Shown one piece after another: positions 1 through 12,132 of a DNA stretch of 64,000 bases. The translations under genes were made by a program, and so were the position numbers. Every line of letters starts with the position of its first letter. Positions within the stretch are counted from its first letter, which is position 1. The notes below the pieces were generated by a model that saw only the letters and a program-made list of their open reading frames with translations, was not told where the DNA came from and did not search any database. This DNA comes from Octopus vulgaris (taxonomy: Eukaryota): contig OX597831.1 of NCBI GenBank assembly GCA_951406725.2, positions 186,001 through 250,000 of the forward strand. The letters are read 5' to 3'.

Positions 1-24
1 ACAATATATAACAAACAAATAAAT

Positions 25-272
25 GTGCCCTTTTAAAGCGTAGCCAGGCTCACGGGCCCGGTTCCCAGGTTTCAATGGCATATGTGTTCCCCAGCTGGAT
101 GGGATGCCAGTCCATCGTAGCGTTACTCATTTTTGCCAGCTGAGTAGATTGGAGCAACATGAAAAGAAGTGTTTTGCTCAAGAACACAACGCGTTGCCCG
201 GTCCAGGAATCGAAACCACAATCCTACGATCATGATGCTGATACCCTAACCACTAAGCCACGCGCATCCACA
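25..272 (-). mobile_element. tRNA-derived SINE
   Basis: Minus strand starts GTGGATGCGCGTGGCTTAGTGGTTAGGG...GGTTTCGATTCCTGGACCGGG (A/B-box-like head). A related copy lies at about 43880-44160. Confidence 0.6.
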
Positions 273-325
<53 letters not shown>

Positions 326-360
326 ACTATTCACTGAAGGAGGAATTATGCTAAGAACAA

Positions 361-467
361 TTAGTGTAATTTATAGGGTTCTTTCTTCTCAAATTTGTCA
401 TCGTCAGCCTCAATTTCATCACTGCTGTCAATATTGATTTCATCATGGTCAAACTTCAACATCGTCA
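361..467 (-). CDS. Candidate orphan terminal coding exon (acidic peptide TMLKFDHDEINIDSSDEIEADDDKFEKKEPYKLH*)
   Basis: Acceptor-like TTTGTTTTTATAG ending at 468, then 2 nt + 35 codons to TAA. Composition looks coding, but no homolog is recognised and no upstream exon was found. Confidence 0.25.
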
Positions 468-582
468 CTATAAAAACAAAATAATCGGTGATTATTTGTA
501 ACGTATGTGTAAAGAAGAAAATGCAAACTTTAACAACTCTGTATAATAAAAATGAGTTTTCAAACAGGGGAGATAAGCACCT

Positions 583-635
583 CCACCCAGCAAAGACTAG
601 TTTCAGAGTCATAACCCTTCATCAGTCTGGAGTAG
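583..635 (-). ncRNA. Minimal type I hammerhead ribozyme motif (Penelope-like)
   Basis: Minus strand: ctactc-caga CTGATGA agggt-tatg-actct GAAA ctag TC tttg-ct-gggtgg. Perfect core, 5-bp stem II, palindromic stem III (ACTAGT), GUC site, stem I 4 bp + 6 bp. Confidence 0.8.
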
Positions 636-880
636 CTTGGCTTGCTAGCTGTGAATGCTTTTCCCAATGAATTAAGTAACAACATTGTAGACAGAAATCA
701 GTTCCTTACACACACACATACATACATAGGCGTGGCTGTCTGGTAAGAAGCTTGCTTCCAAACTATATGGTTCCATGTTCAGTCCCAGTGCACAGCACCT
801 TTGGTAAGTGTCTTCTACTATATACTTGGGCTGACCAAACCCTTCTGAGAACATTTGGTAGAGGGAAATTGAAAGAAGCT

Positions 881-921
<41 letters not shown>

Positions 922-922
<1 letters not shown>

Positions 923-1067
923 ATACGATACAGTGTATATTTAAACACATATGAATTTCTAAATTTATTCCTGTCGAAGTTTATCCCCAATTTTGTGGTT
1001 GGGGAGTTTGGCTGCTCTTTCAAGCGTGTGGAATCCCTATGTGTTTATATATACACTGTATCGTATG
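922..1067. repeat. 30-bp inverted repeat pair (922-951 / 1038-1067) in a small element next to a (TA)n tract
   Basis: CATACGATACAGTGTATATTTAAACACATA is the reverse complement of TATGTGTTTATATATACACTGTATCGTATG with 1 mismatch. Confidence 0.6.
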
Positions 1068-2329
1068 TCTAATATATAGTCTCTTTGACTAAATTTTTTT
1101 ACATGTTAGACCACTGGAAATGTAAATTTTGATTAAATGTTTTTAATTTTAATTAAATTCCATTTCCCTTTGATATGATATATATATATATATATATATA
1201 TATGTGGGTGTATGTATGTATGTTGGGTAGGTGGGCTCCAAAAGGGGTCTCAGTGAGTGGTGTCCCTGCCTTCCTAAGCTAGTTTTCTACCACATTTCTT
1301 AAAAACCATGGCATGGTAGAATCCATGTACTCTGGAACACTCATGTCTAGAAACTGAGGTTGTGGCTAAGCAAGGGCATGCTCCTTGTAGAAAATCCAGC
1401 TCTAAAAAAGCCTCATGACAGCAGGTAAAAATGGTCATTAGCAGCCCAAAGGTTGGGGTGAGCTGCACCTGCCTGCCTCGGTTGCTAAGGCATTGAGATA
1501 GATCCAGCAACCCCAGTTAGCGGGGACAAATCCTGGATTTGAAACACTGGATGATAAAGATGATGTACATATGTAATTGAGTATGTACATATGTGTGTGT
1601 GTCTGTGTGCATTTTTCCACCAGCCATCGCTTAATCATTGGTACTGGTGTGTTTATGTCCCTGTAACTCTGGTTTAGCAAAAGTCACCAATAAAATCAGT
1701 ACTGGACTTACAAAGACTAAGTCTTGGGGTTGATTTCTTCCATTGACACCCTTGAAGGTGGTGCTCCAGCAAGGCCTCAGTCAAATGACTGAAATATGTC
1801 AAAGAATAAAGACTAAAAGATTACATATAAATTACAGGAGCCAATGGAAGCAAGGCATTTGAATAACACCCTGTTAATACCTGCACTTTAACAGTGTTTA
1901 AGGACATGTAACATCAGCACCAAAAGGGTCACCAAATCCCTAGGTGACAAAAAATCCCACAACAGGGAGGTGGGCAGTTACTATTGAACAGGTGTGCCAT
2001 TGTGCCAGTTGAGAGATTTAAGGTATAGAGGAGACAGTGTCTAGATAATGAGTAACAAAACAAACACAAAATGGTCTAACTTTTATTCTGATTTTTTATT
2101 CATTATTCCTTTGTAGTAAATTCCTCAAAATCCAAACACAGGCATTTTTAGCAATCAAGTTAACTCAGAGTCAATATTTTTACAGATGATGACAGATTTG
2201 AGATTCACACTGACGGTATTCAAATTGATGATGGGAAAAACCCTGCATTACAGCTGACAAAACAGACTTAATTGTTGTAATGTTTTAATAAATTCTGACA
2301 TTGGTACAGTTACAATTGTTGTGAATACC

Positions 2330-2820
2330 CAGGTGTATGGATGTAGTTTTTTCAAGAGAATGGTTTAGCACAGATGTCACTCTGACATGGCTTCTCTCCT
2401 GTAGGAATGCATTCATATTTACAGTTAAGTTAGATCTATGAGAGAATGATTTACAACAGATTTGACCATGATGTAGATTTTTGTGTGGTATGAAAATGTA
2501 TAGTTAAAACACTATTTTCAAAAAACAAATGACCACAGGTATTGCAATGTTATGGCTTCTCTACTGTATGTGTCCATTCGTGTTTAGTTAAGGCACTTAT
2601 CGGAGAGAATGATATACCACAGATATCACAGTGATGTGGTTTTCTCCACTGTATGAATGTATCTGTGATTAGTCGAGAGACTCTTTTGAGAAGATGATTT
2701 ACCACAAATATCACAATGATATGGCTTCTCTCCGGTAAGTTTATGCTTGTTTTCAGTCAAGTTACTCGTTTCAGAGAATGATTCACCACAGATATCACAA
2801 TTATATAGGTTTTCAGTACT
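2330..2820 (-). pseudogene. Decayed C2H2 zinc-finger repeats downstream of the ZNF ORF
   Basis: Minus-strand translation: ...YNCDICGESFSETSNLTENKHKLTGEKPYHCDICGKSSSQKSLSTNHRYIHTVEK, frameshift, [35 protein letters not shown]... About 6 degenerate units with stops and frameshifts. Confidence 0.75.
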
Positions 2821-2943
2821 TTAAATATAACGAATAGCTTCATAAAATTACTTGGTGGTTATCATTAACCTACTTTCAGGATCATAAATTGTGACTAAGG
2901 TGGTGCCAGCTGGATTAGATTCAAAATAGGTTTTTATCAAAAG

Positions 2944-3444
2944 CTATGGCTTTTCTCCTATATGTGTAGGTTTGTGTTTAGTCAAGTGACTCCTTTGAGA
3001 GAATGTTTTACCACAGATTTCACAATGATAAGGCTTTTCTTCTGTATGTATATATTTGTGCCGAGTCAAATTACTCCTATGAGAGAATGATTTACCACAG
3101 ATATTACAATGATATGGCTTTTCTCCTGTATGTGTATATTTGTGTTTAGTCAAATTACTCCTATGAGAGAATGATTTACCACAGATATCACAATGATATG
3201 GCTTTTCTCCTGTATGTGTATGATTGTGTTTAGTCAAGTCACTCTTTTGAGAGAATGATTTACCACAGATATCACAATGGTATGGCTTTTCTCCTGTATG
3301 GATACGTCTGTGACTAGTCAAGTTACTCTTATAAGAGAAAGGTTTACCACAGATATCACAGAAATATTGTTTCTCTCTTGTATCACTATTTTTTGATTCA
3401 GTTAAATTATTCATTATGAGAGAATAATTTATTGTACATATCAC
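2944..3444 (-). CDS. C2H2 (Kruppel-type) zinc-finger protein, 5 tandem fingers
   Basis: Five CxxC-x12-HxxxH fingers with TGEKPY-type linkers. Ends IGEKP-TAG. A frameshifted degenerate finger (YYCDMYNKLFSH) lies just upstream. Acceptor-like CCTATTTCAG at about 3820 suggests one large last exon. True start codon uncertain. Confidence 0.85.
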   Translation of the reverse strand: MICTINYSLIMNNLTESKNSDTREKQYFCDICGKPFSYKSNLTSHRRIHTGEKPYHCDICGKSFSQKSDLTKHNHTHTGEKPYHCDICGKSFSHRSNLTKHKYTHTGEKPYHCNICGKSFSHRSNLTRHKYIHTEEKPYHCEICGKTFSQRSHLTKHKPTHIGEKP

Positions 3445-4369
3445 AATAATAATGTTTCCTTCATCTCTATAAACATCTTTGTTTTCAGTTCTGCCACTTT
3501 TTCTAGAAAAGAATTTGAAGCTGTGTTTCTTTCTTCTGTGATCTTACTTAATATCAAAATCAGCAGGTGGAAATTGTCAACTCGTTTGTAAAGGTATCCA
3601 ACCTTAATTAACCTGTAAGGCAATCACTTCCTCTACATTCCAAACAGTGAAGACAAGAAAAAATATTGTATTCTTAGATTGTATTCATATAAATTTTGAT
3701 GTATTGATGAATGCTGCTGATAAATTATGTCATCTTGCTTTAGTTGATGAAACGACGTCAAAATATGAAAGGCACATCTGAATGAAGAAATTTCTAGTGG
3801 GTCAACATAAGGTGATATTCTGAAATAGGAAAAGAAACATTAAGATAAAGAGAATAGTCAAATGATACACTAATTCAATGTTGCAAATTTTACAACATGA
3901 ACACTGTCATCGATTAAATGTTTTTAGGGGTCGGAGTTCATTGAGGCATTGAAAGAATGGCATAACGACTACACTCTTAATTTGTTTCCTCATACCTTTA
4001 AAAAAAAAATCAATACTCTTTACTCTTTTACTTGTCTCAGTCATTTGACTGCGGCCATGCTGGAGCACCGCCTTTAATCGAGCAACTCGACCCCGAGACT
4101 TATTCTTTTGTAAGCCCAGTACTTATTCTATCGGTCTCTTTTGCCGAACCGCGAAGTGATGGGGAGGTAAACACACCAGCATCGGTTGTCAAGCAATGCT
4201 AGGGGAACAAACATATACACACACATTCATATATATATATACATATATACGACAGACTTCTTTCAGTTTCCGTTTGATATATCCAAGTCAAGGGAGCATA
4301 TTTTCTCAATGTTTCTATGTTTTCCCTTCTATGTGATTACTGTAACTTCGAAGGATTCATATAATCCAT

Positions 4370-4655
4370 GACAGCTCCCATGACTTCAGGAAACATTTTT
4401 TCACGCTAAGAGTTGCTGAAGCATGGAACAAACTGCCGGCATCGGTTGTTAGTTGTCGGAGCACTGCATCCTTCAAGACTTCCATGCTTCCTGAGATTCG
4501 CCAACACTACACTTGATTTTCTCCCCTCCATACACACACAAGCATGTATCTGACTCTTGCATTGTTCGCTTTCCAGACATTTGTACATTACTGCATATAC
4601 TTTATATGCACTTTCTGACAAGTTGTGGTGCACCTGAGCACTATATACAATAATT

Positions 4656-4720
<65 letters not shown>
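4370..4720 (+). mobile_element. CR1-like LINE 3' fragment with (ATT)n tail
   Basis: Encodes [25 protein letters not shown], the C-terminus of an RT-ORF. Ends ...GTGCACCTGAGCACT...(ATT)n. Same family at 5676-5940(-), 33810-34230(-) and 35570-36255(-). Confidence 0.7.
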
Positions 4721-4727
<7 letters not shown>

Positions 4728-5266
4728 AAATCCTACAGGGTGGACCAGAATTCATGACTCAATTATTAGTCATCTTCCTTAACTTGCTTATTTTATTGTT
4801 ATTATATGTTGTTTAAATTAATAAATTTTATTTCTTAATAAGTGTATTAAAACTATTGATATATTAATAAATTTAACGAACAAGTAAGTCATGTATACAA
4901 ACATGTATAGAGAATGTTGAAACTGGACATAAAAGACGAGGAGAATTTCGAAAACGGAGCAACGAGCTTTGAAAATACGATAAGTTATAACAAAGTTATC
5001 TCCCTTTATTCAGTAATCTCACAGACACACACACACATGTATTTGTTACTGTTATTGTTGTTCTCTCCTTTCAGTACTAAACAAGCAGACATTTGATCAA
5101 AAGATACACCACTTGTGATCATCCCGTCTTTTGTTTATGTATGTCTTTTTAGATAGAGTTTATCTAGGGCTACATTATCCAATATTATCCTTTTAAACTT
5201 TTTTATACAGTAAGATGGCATTTGAAGAAAATTTGGCTGTTATTTCCAGCAAGCCAAGTGATCATT

Positions 5267-5671
5267 CTCTTTTTCTCTTTTTTTTTTTTTTTACTTGTTT
5301 CAGTCATTTGACTGCGGCCATGCTGGAGCACAGCCTTTTAGTCGAGCAAATCGACCCCAGGACTTATTCTTTGTAAGCCCAGTACTTATTCTATCGGTGT
5401 CTTTTTGCCGAACTGCTAAGTGACAGGGACGTAAACACACCAGCATCGGTTGTCAAGCAATGCTAGGGGAACATACACAAACACACTCACACACACACAT
5501 ATATATATACATATATACGACAGGCTTCTTTCAGTTTCGGTCTACCAAATCCACTCACAAGGCATTGGTCGGCCCGGGTCTATAGCAGAAGACACTTGCC
5601 CAAGATGCCACGCAGTGGGACTGAACCCGGAACCATGTGGTTGGTTAGCAAGCTACTTACCACACAACCAC
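5267..5671 (-). mobile_element. Abundant tRNA-derived SINE (family A), near full length
   Basis: Reverse complement of the family A consensus seen at 17293-17714. Confidence 0.75.
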
Positions 5672-6043
5672 TTTTAATAATGAAATTATTTTGTATAGTG
5701 CTCAGGTGGACTACAACTCATCAAACGTGCGTGTACGGTATATAGAATTATATATAAAAAGTCAGGAAAGCAAACAGTGTTTGAGTCATGATAGACATGT
5801 GTGCAAACGTAAGGAGGAGGGGGATATCAGGTGTAGTGTTGGCGAATGTAATGTCTAGGCAACTAACAATTGAGCAGGTAGTTCGTTCCATGCTTCAGCA
5901 ACTCTGAGTGTGAAAAAACGTTTCTGAAAGTCATGGGGGCTCCTTAAGAATATGCAAATATGTGAGTGGAAGAGAGAGAGAGAGAGAGAGAGAGATTAAG
6001 ATGTTCACTTCACAAAGTTCCATGACAAACACTTTGTGCTTTA

Positions 6044-6437
6044 ACTCTTTTACTTGTTTCAGTCATTTGACTGCGGCCATGCTGGAGCACCGCCTTTAGT
6101 CGAGCAAATCGACCCCCGGGACTTATTCTTTGTAAGCCCAGTACTTATTCTATCGGTCCATTTTGCCGAACCGCTAAGTTACGGGGACGTAAACACACCA
6201 GCATCGGTTGTCAAGCAATGCTAGGGGGACAAACATAGACACACAAACACATACACTTATATATATATACATATATACGACAGGCTTCTTTCAGTTTCCG
6301 TCTACCAAATCCACTCACATGGCATTGGTCGGCCCGGGGCTATAGCAGAAGACACTTGCCCAAGATGCCACGCAGTGGGACTGAACCCGGAACCATGTGG
6401 TTAGTTAGCAAGCTACTTACCACACAGCCACTCCTGC
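6044..6437 (-). mobile_element. SINE family A, full length
   Basis: Minus strand runs GCAGGAGTGGCTGTGTGGTAAGTAGCTTG...GGTTCAGTCCCACTGCG...internal TA/TG tract...GACTGAAACAAGTAAAAGAG. Partial copies at 4015-4270 and 46626-46945. Confidence 0.8.
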
Positions 6438-7129
6438 TTGTTTTGGAATTTTCCTTGAAGACAAAGGTTCTTTTCTAGTGCCTTCCTTTATGTTGTTTTA
6501 TTTTACAAGATGCATTCTTGTTGACTCTAGCCAATTCTTTCTGGGCCAATAAAGTAATTACCAGTTGAGCATTGAAATCAATGAAATTGACTAGCCCCTC
6601 TCCCACAAAAATTTCAAGCCTTGTGCCTTTGGGAGGAAAGGATTATTTTTATTTTTTTTTTTAATGTGGTGGCAAGCTGGCAGAATTATTGGGATGCTAT
6701 ACAAAATGCTTAGCAGCATTTCTTCTGGCTTTAGTGGAAGCATGTAGCTTATTGGTTTGGGGGGCTGTATTCATCATCATCATCACTATCATTTAATGAC
6801 AATTTTCCAAGCTGGCATGGGTTTGACAGCTTGACAGGATCTGGCACGGCCAGGGGCCACACTATGATCCATAGTCTGCTTTTGGCTTGGTTTCTACAGC
6901 TGCATGCCCTTCCTAATGCCAACCACTTTACAGAGAATACTGGGTGCTTTTTACATAGCATCATCACCAGTGCTTTCAATGTGGCACCAGCACCAGTACT
7001 TTTTCCATGGCACCAGTACCAGTGCTTTTTATGTGGAATCTTGGTTTTAGGATATCAATTCTGTTGTGGTGGGCAGGTCTTTTTGAGTACAGCAATGCAC
7101 CACTTATCTTGGTCCTATGCTATCTCTTT

Positions 7130-8150
7130 TGTAATGCCCAACATTCTGTGATTGGCCTTCAATACTTCATCCCATGTCTTCCATAAGTTTCCTTCAAGTT
7201 GGGTGATCAGTACTTCTTTGTGGAGCTGTCCTCATCCACTTGCATCACATGACCAAACCACACTGCATCTAATTCCTCTTATGCTTAATTTTTCTCTCAA
7301 TACACTAGTGCTCTGCTACCCATGTACACTGACATTGCACATCTCTAATTTTCATGTATCCTTTGCATTCAGGGCCCATATCTCACTACCATCTAGAATT
7401 GCTGTTTATGGACATACACTCTTCTTCTCACTTGGTGAGAGAGACCTTTGGTTGCCAACTGAGGTAAAAACTCTCTGAATCTTCTCCATTTTATTCTTAT
7501 TCTAGCAACTACACTTTGGTGCATCCCCCTCCACTACTAATTAGATCAATTAGGTAGTAGAAATTATCTACTACTTCCAGAGAGACTCTGTGACATTTGA
7601 GGAAATCAGTTTTCCATACATCTTTAGTCTTTATAAGTCCTGTACATTTCCCACATGCAAACACTACTTTCTCAGTTAACCTTCCTACAATTCCACTGCA
7701 CCTCTTGTGTGTCACAGCTTGCACTGGATTTTCTGCCCTACACCTTTCCTACAAATTGATTAGGGTCATTTACCTGGATTGGGTAGAATCCTGTCTGATT
7801 TCTAGCTTACTAGGACCCCCATCTTTGTTTAGTTATGTTTAAGACCCTTTGATTCCTGGTTTTGTTTCCACACTTGGAATTTCTTTTTTAGCTCTGTTAC
7901 AGATTCTGCTATGAATGCAAGATCATCAGTATATAGCAGTTAACATGGGTTTCCAGTCTTAAATTCCTCTGTTATGGCCTGGAGGGGGCTGAGGACTGCG
8001 CCTTGGTGAACATCTATCTTTACACTAAATTTGTCACTGTACTCATGGCTAACTCTTACCTAACTAACAACACCCTTGTATACGACCTCTACTGCTTTCA
8101 CAAACCATTCATCTACCCCAGGCTTCTTCAGAGACCACCATTTCACAGGG
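7130..8150 (-). mobile_element. RTE-like LINE relic (reverse transcriptase, disrupted)
   Basis: Minus-strand remnants of VHQGAVLSP and YTDDL, plus HKRCSGI...CGKC and VVDNFYYL. Homologous to 23740-24830(+). Confidence 0.7.
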
Positions 8151-8769
8151 TGAGGCATTAAAGCACCTCCCCTATTGGGAGTTTTAATTTGTTCAATTCT
8201 TATTGTAATTACATTGTCTACATGCAAAACCCCATTGTATGGTTCTGTTTTTTATGTTGTTGTATGTCATTTAATGTTTTTGTATGTGAGCCCTTGTGGC
8301 TAATAAAAGAATAAATTATTATCATTATTATTATTAGTAGTATTATTAAGAAGGTGACAAGCTGGCAGAATCGTTAGCACACCAGGCAAAATGCTTAGTG
8401 GCATTTTGTCTGTTGTTACATTCTTAGTTCAAATTCTGCCCAGGTTGTTTTTGCCTTTCATCCTTTCAGGGTTGATAAATTAAGTACCAGTGAAGCCCTG
8501 GAACTAATGTAACCGACTAGTCCTCGCCCCCAAATTTCAGGCCTTGCTTCTTCAGTAAAAAGGATTATTATTATTATTATTATTATTAAGGCAGTGAGCT
8601 GGCAGAATCACTGGGTGAAATTCATGGCAGCATTTCGTCCATCCTTATGTTCAAAGTTTAAATACCACCAGGGTCGACTTTGCCTTTCATCCTTTCAGGG
8701 TCGATAGAATAAGCACCAGTTGAACACTGGGGGGTTGATGTAATCGATTCATCCTCTCCCCCAAAACTA

Positions 8770-9138
8770 CTGCCCTTAGCGAAGGTGGAGGTATTGTTTC
8801 ATTTGCATTTGTTTGTTTGTGTGTTTGTCCATGGACAAGATATCTCAAGAACCACTGGATGGATTCGGATGAAGCTTTCAGGGATGTTTGGCCTCATGAC
8901 TGGCATGAACTGATTAGGTTTTGGGACCGATCTGGTACTGGACAAGGATTCTGGATTATTTTACCTGATTTTTTACTTAATGTTTGAGAGCAGTCAGGTT
9001 CATTTTCAGTATTCTTGTTTGTAAGAGCAGTCAAGTTTATTTCAGACATTCTTATTTTAAGAATCGTCTGTGGCTAATCATTGAGAGGATGCTGGTGTTG
9101 CCTTGGTGGAGGTTTGCGCTCTCTGAGTGCACTTGTTA
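8770..9138. mobile_element. Non-autonomous Helitron/Helentron-like element
   Basis: Begins GCCCTTAGCGAAGGTGGAGG, then a (TTTG)n tract. Ends CCTTGGTGGAGGTTTGCGCTCTCTGAGTGCACTTGTT with a terminal hairpin. This layout is recalled from HINE-type elements. Confidence 0.45.
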
Positions 9139-9249
9139 TTATTATTATTATCACTATCATTATTAAGGCAGTGAGCTGGCAGAATCACTGGCATACTAGG
9201 TGAAATACTTAGTGGCATCTGTCTTTACATTCTGAATGCAAATTCCCCC

Positions 9250-9880
9250 ATCACAAAACACCATCACTCAATACCTCATAAACTTGACCTTGTGAACAAA
9301 TATTGTCAAGAAGTTCCTCACAAACTGACCAAGCTTAATGACATGTGAACATTTGCAAACAACTGCTGGCAAATCCTTGAGGTGTTGAATTTTAAATGGG
9401 AACGAAAAATGGATCTGTTTTCATAATCCTAATAAGAAAACTCAGTTGCTTCAGAACCCTTTCTTAAACAATTTAAACACAAGGCTGTGGTGTGTGTCTT
9501 TTGTAATTTTGAGGGAATGTTGCATTTTGAGCTTGTCCCAAATGATCATGCAGTAAGCGCTAACCTTTATGCTCAACCACTACAGCAAGTATGTGATGCT
9601 TTCAAAGACCGTTGGTCAATTGAAGATGGGCACTCCTATAGCATGGCAGTGCCCCAGCACACACTACCAATGTGACCAAGCACAAACTTGAAGAAGTTGA
9701 GGGGCTGGAAGGGCTGCCTCACCCTGCCTACAGACCACACCTTGTATAAGCAGATTACCACCTTTTCCAAGCCATAGCTCATTTCCTGTATGGATGGAGA
9801 TTCATCAATGTGAATGAGGTTGAAAACAGGTGCAGGGAGTTTTTTTTTTTTTTTTATCTAAATCAGCCAAATGTTGAATT
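9250..9880 (+). mobile_element. Mariner (Tc1/mariner) transposase relic
   Basis: Fragments VVCVFCNFEGMLHFELVP...NLYAQ and LPHPAYRPHLV*ADYHLFQAIAHFL match the mariner HPPYSPDLAPSDYHLF motif; stops and frameshifts present. Confidence 0.75.
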
Positions 9881-10100
9881 CAAATGTTGGAAAATTTAAA
9901 ACTATGCAGAAATGACAATTTGAGTATAGCACACCAATTTGAACAAAATTATAATTTTTATAGGAATTGAATGGATCATATCTGAAAGCAGCTCCAGGAG
10001 TTGTGAAGAACGAATTGTACATAGTCTGTTTCTGAGAACTGGACTGCTATCTAATCATTAAAACGATTTTTTAATGATTCAGCATTAAATGCTGCGGCAT

Positions 10101-10325
10101 GCATTTGCTGATCTTGGGAATGTCTCACTTCCCTTCTGTTTTGAGACTCCATCTGACGTGCTGCAAGTATGCCTTTGCTGATCTTGCAGAAAGTCTCATC
10201 TCACTTCTGTCTTGAGACTCCATTTGACATCCTACAGCATGCATTTGCTGATCTTGCGGAAAGTCTGTCTTTCTTCTGTATTGAGACTCCATCTGACATG
10301 CTGCAGTATGCCTTTGCTGTTGCTG
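10101..10325. repeat. About 70-bp tandem repeat, 3.2 copies
   Basis: Units start GCMTTTGCTG at 10101, 10171, 10241 and 10310; the three full units share GAGACTCCATYTGAC. Confidence 0.8.
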
Positions 10326-10592
10326 ATGCGTCATGTTGTTCACATTGGGATATAATTAGAATTAGAAGTGAAAGAATAAAAGTGAAACAATATCATCTCA
10401 CGTTACAATATAGATGTTATTCTTTCACTTTTGACATGTAATACCGAACCAGTACCAATGTTGTATTGTTTTAATCCAAATGAAAAAAAAAAAATACATG
10501 CTGACACTTAGAGGGTCTGATACTATTACCATGCAAGATTTGGTTTGGCTGAGCCATTTGATAATGCATTGGGAAAAGACAGACAAAGAATA

Positions 10593-10634
<42 letters not shown>

Positions 10635-11778
10635 GTTTGTGTGTAAATCTATGTTGACTCACCAGAAATAATAAATTACAGAACTCAATACATAGGTGTA
10701 GAGTATTCTTTAATACATTATAACAGAAAAGCTCCTAATACCAGTATTCTGAGTTTAATTTTTTTAATCATTTAGCTGGCAATCTTAGCCTGCTTTTTCT
10801 TTGAAATATTTATTGCTTGAATATATGTTTGAAATATGAAATGAAAGTTCTGAAGAAACACATATCTCCTGTTTTTATTTTTAAATAAAAACTTTGCAAG
10901 CTATACATGCAAAAACAGTTGCTTTAAGTTCATGTTTGTCATTTCATTTCTGGCTCTCATGGGAATATTCCAAATGTCTTAAACTTCATATAAGTGAGGT
11001 CACTCTAATAACTTTCCTCATGAAATTGTATTGTTGTTTAAAGTAATTCTTTAAAGTACTATTTTTAAAACAGTGAATGTGTTTCAGTTTAATGTCCACT
11101 TTTCCATGCTAGCATGGGTTAGACAGGGAGTTATTCAGCTGAGGCAGGATTTTATGATCAGATACTCCCCTTGCCTGTTTGTCAAGTATATATAGAAATA
11201 CGTACATGTGTGTGTGTGATTATCATCCTCATTTAATATTAATGTTCTATGCTGGCATGGATTGGATGGTTTAACAAGACCTGATGTGTCCAAGGACTGC
11301 ATTGTGCTCTAGTGTATTTGTTATGGTTTCTATGGCTGAATGCCCTTCCTAATGCCAACCAGTTTACAGCATGTAGTGTGCTTTTCTTGTGCTACCAGCA
11401 CTAGTGAGGCTGCTACACAGCTTGTAAGACTACAAAAACCCAAGGCAGAGTGGGGTGCTTTATGCTTGGAGATGAAAGTTAAGGTATAAGAGGAGATGGG
11501 GCAGAACAGGTCCTCGTAGACAAGCTACATGACTACTTATATTTATGAGTGAATTAATGAGCAGTAGTAGTTGTTATGAGATGTCCAGATTGCACCTCAA
11601 GATATGAGGTGAAAAGTGAGTGGGAACAGAGGAAACTAGGAGTGCAAGTGGGTGGGAATTTTCCAAACAATTTTAACAAATTGTACAAAGTTTAGTCTGT
11701 TCCCCATTTAATAATTTGAACAAACTCTAGTGTCTGGTTTATCCTTCTGACTGTTTAGTGCTGTCTATACAACACTTG

Positions 11779-12132
11779 TTGTGAAGGCGCATGGCTCAGT
11801 GGTTAGAGCGTCGAGCTTACGATCGTGAGGTTGTGAGCTCGAATCCTGGACCGGGCTGCGTGTTGTGTTCTTGAGCAAGGCACTTTATTTCACGTTGCTC
11901 CAGTTCACTCAGCTGTAGAAATGAGTTGCGACGTCACTGGTGCCAAGCTGTATCGACCTTTGTCTTTCCCTTGGATAACACTGGTGGCGTAGAGAGGGGA
12001 GGCTGGTATGTATGGGCGACTGCTGGTCTTCCATAAACAACCTTGCCCGGACTTGTGTCTAGGAGGGTAACTTACTAGGTGCAATCCCATGGTCATTCAT
12101 GACCGAAGGGGGTCTTTACCCTTTTTACCCTT
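11779..12132 (+). mobile_element. Young tRNA-derived SINE (family B) with 13-bp TSD
   Basis: Head GGCGCATGGCTCAGTGGTTAGAGCG...CTCGAATCC; tail CTTTACCCTTTTTACCC. TSD TATACAACACTTG at 11766-11778 and 12133-12145. Confidence 0.85.

Noticed and set aside
2850-2946. A-to-I editing of the ZNF UAG stop to restore downstream fingers
   Set aside because: Read-through meets an in-frame TAA about 32 codons later inside the repeat fragment, before the decayed fingers.
7900-7935. Minus-strand CTGATGA
   Set aside because: It is the YTDDL codons of the RTE reverse transcriptase relic, with no GAAA or stems.
11786-11860. tRNA gene
   Set aside because: It is the tRNA-derived head of a SINE, with body, tail, TSD and other copies in the window.
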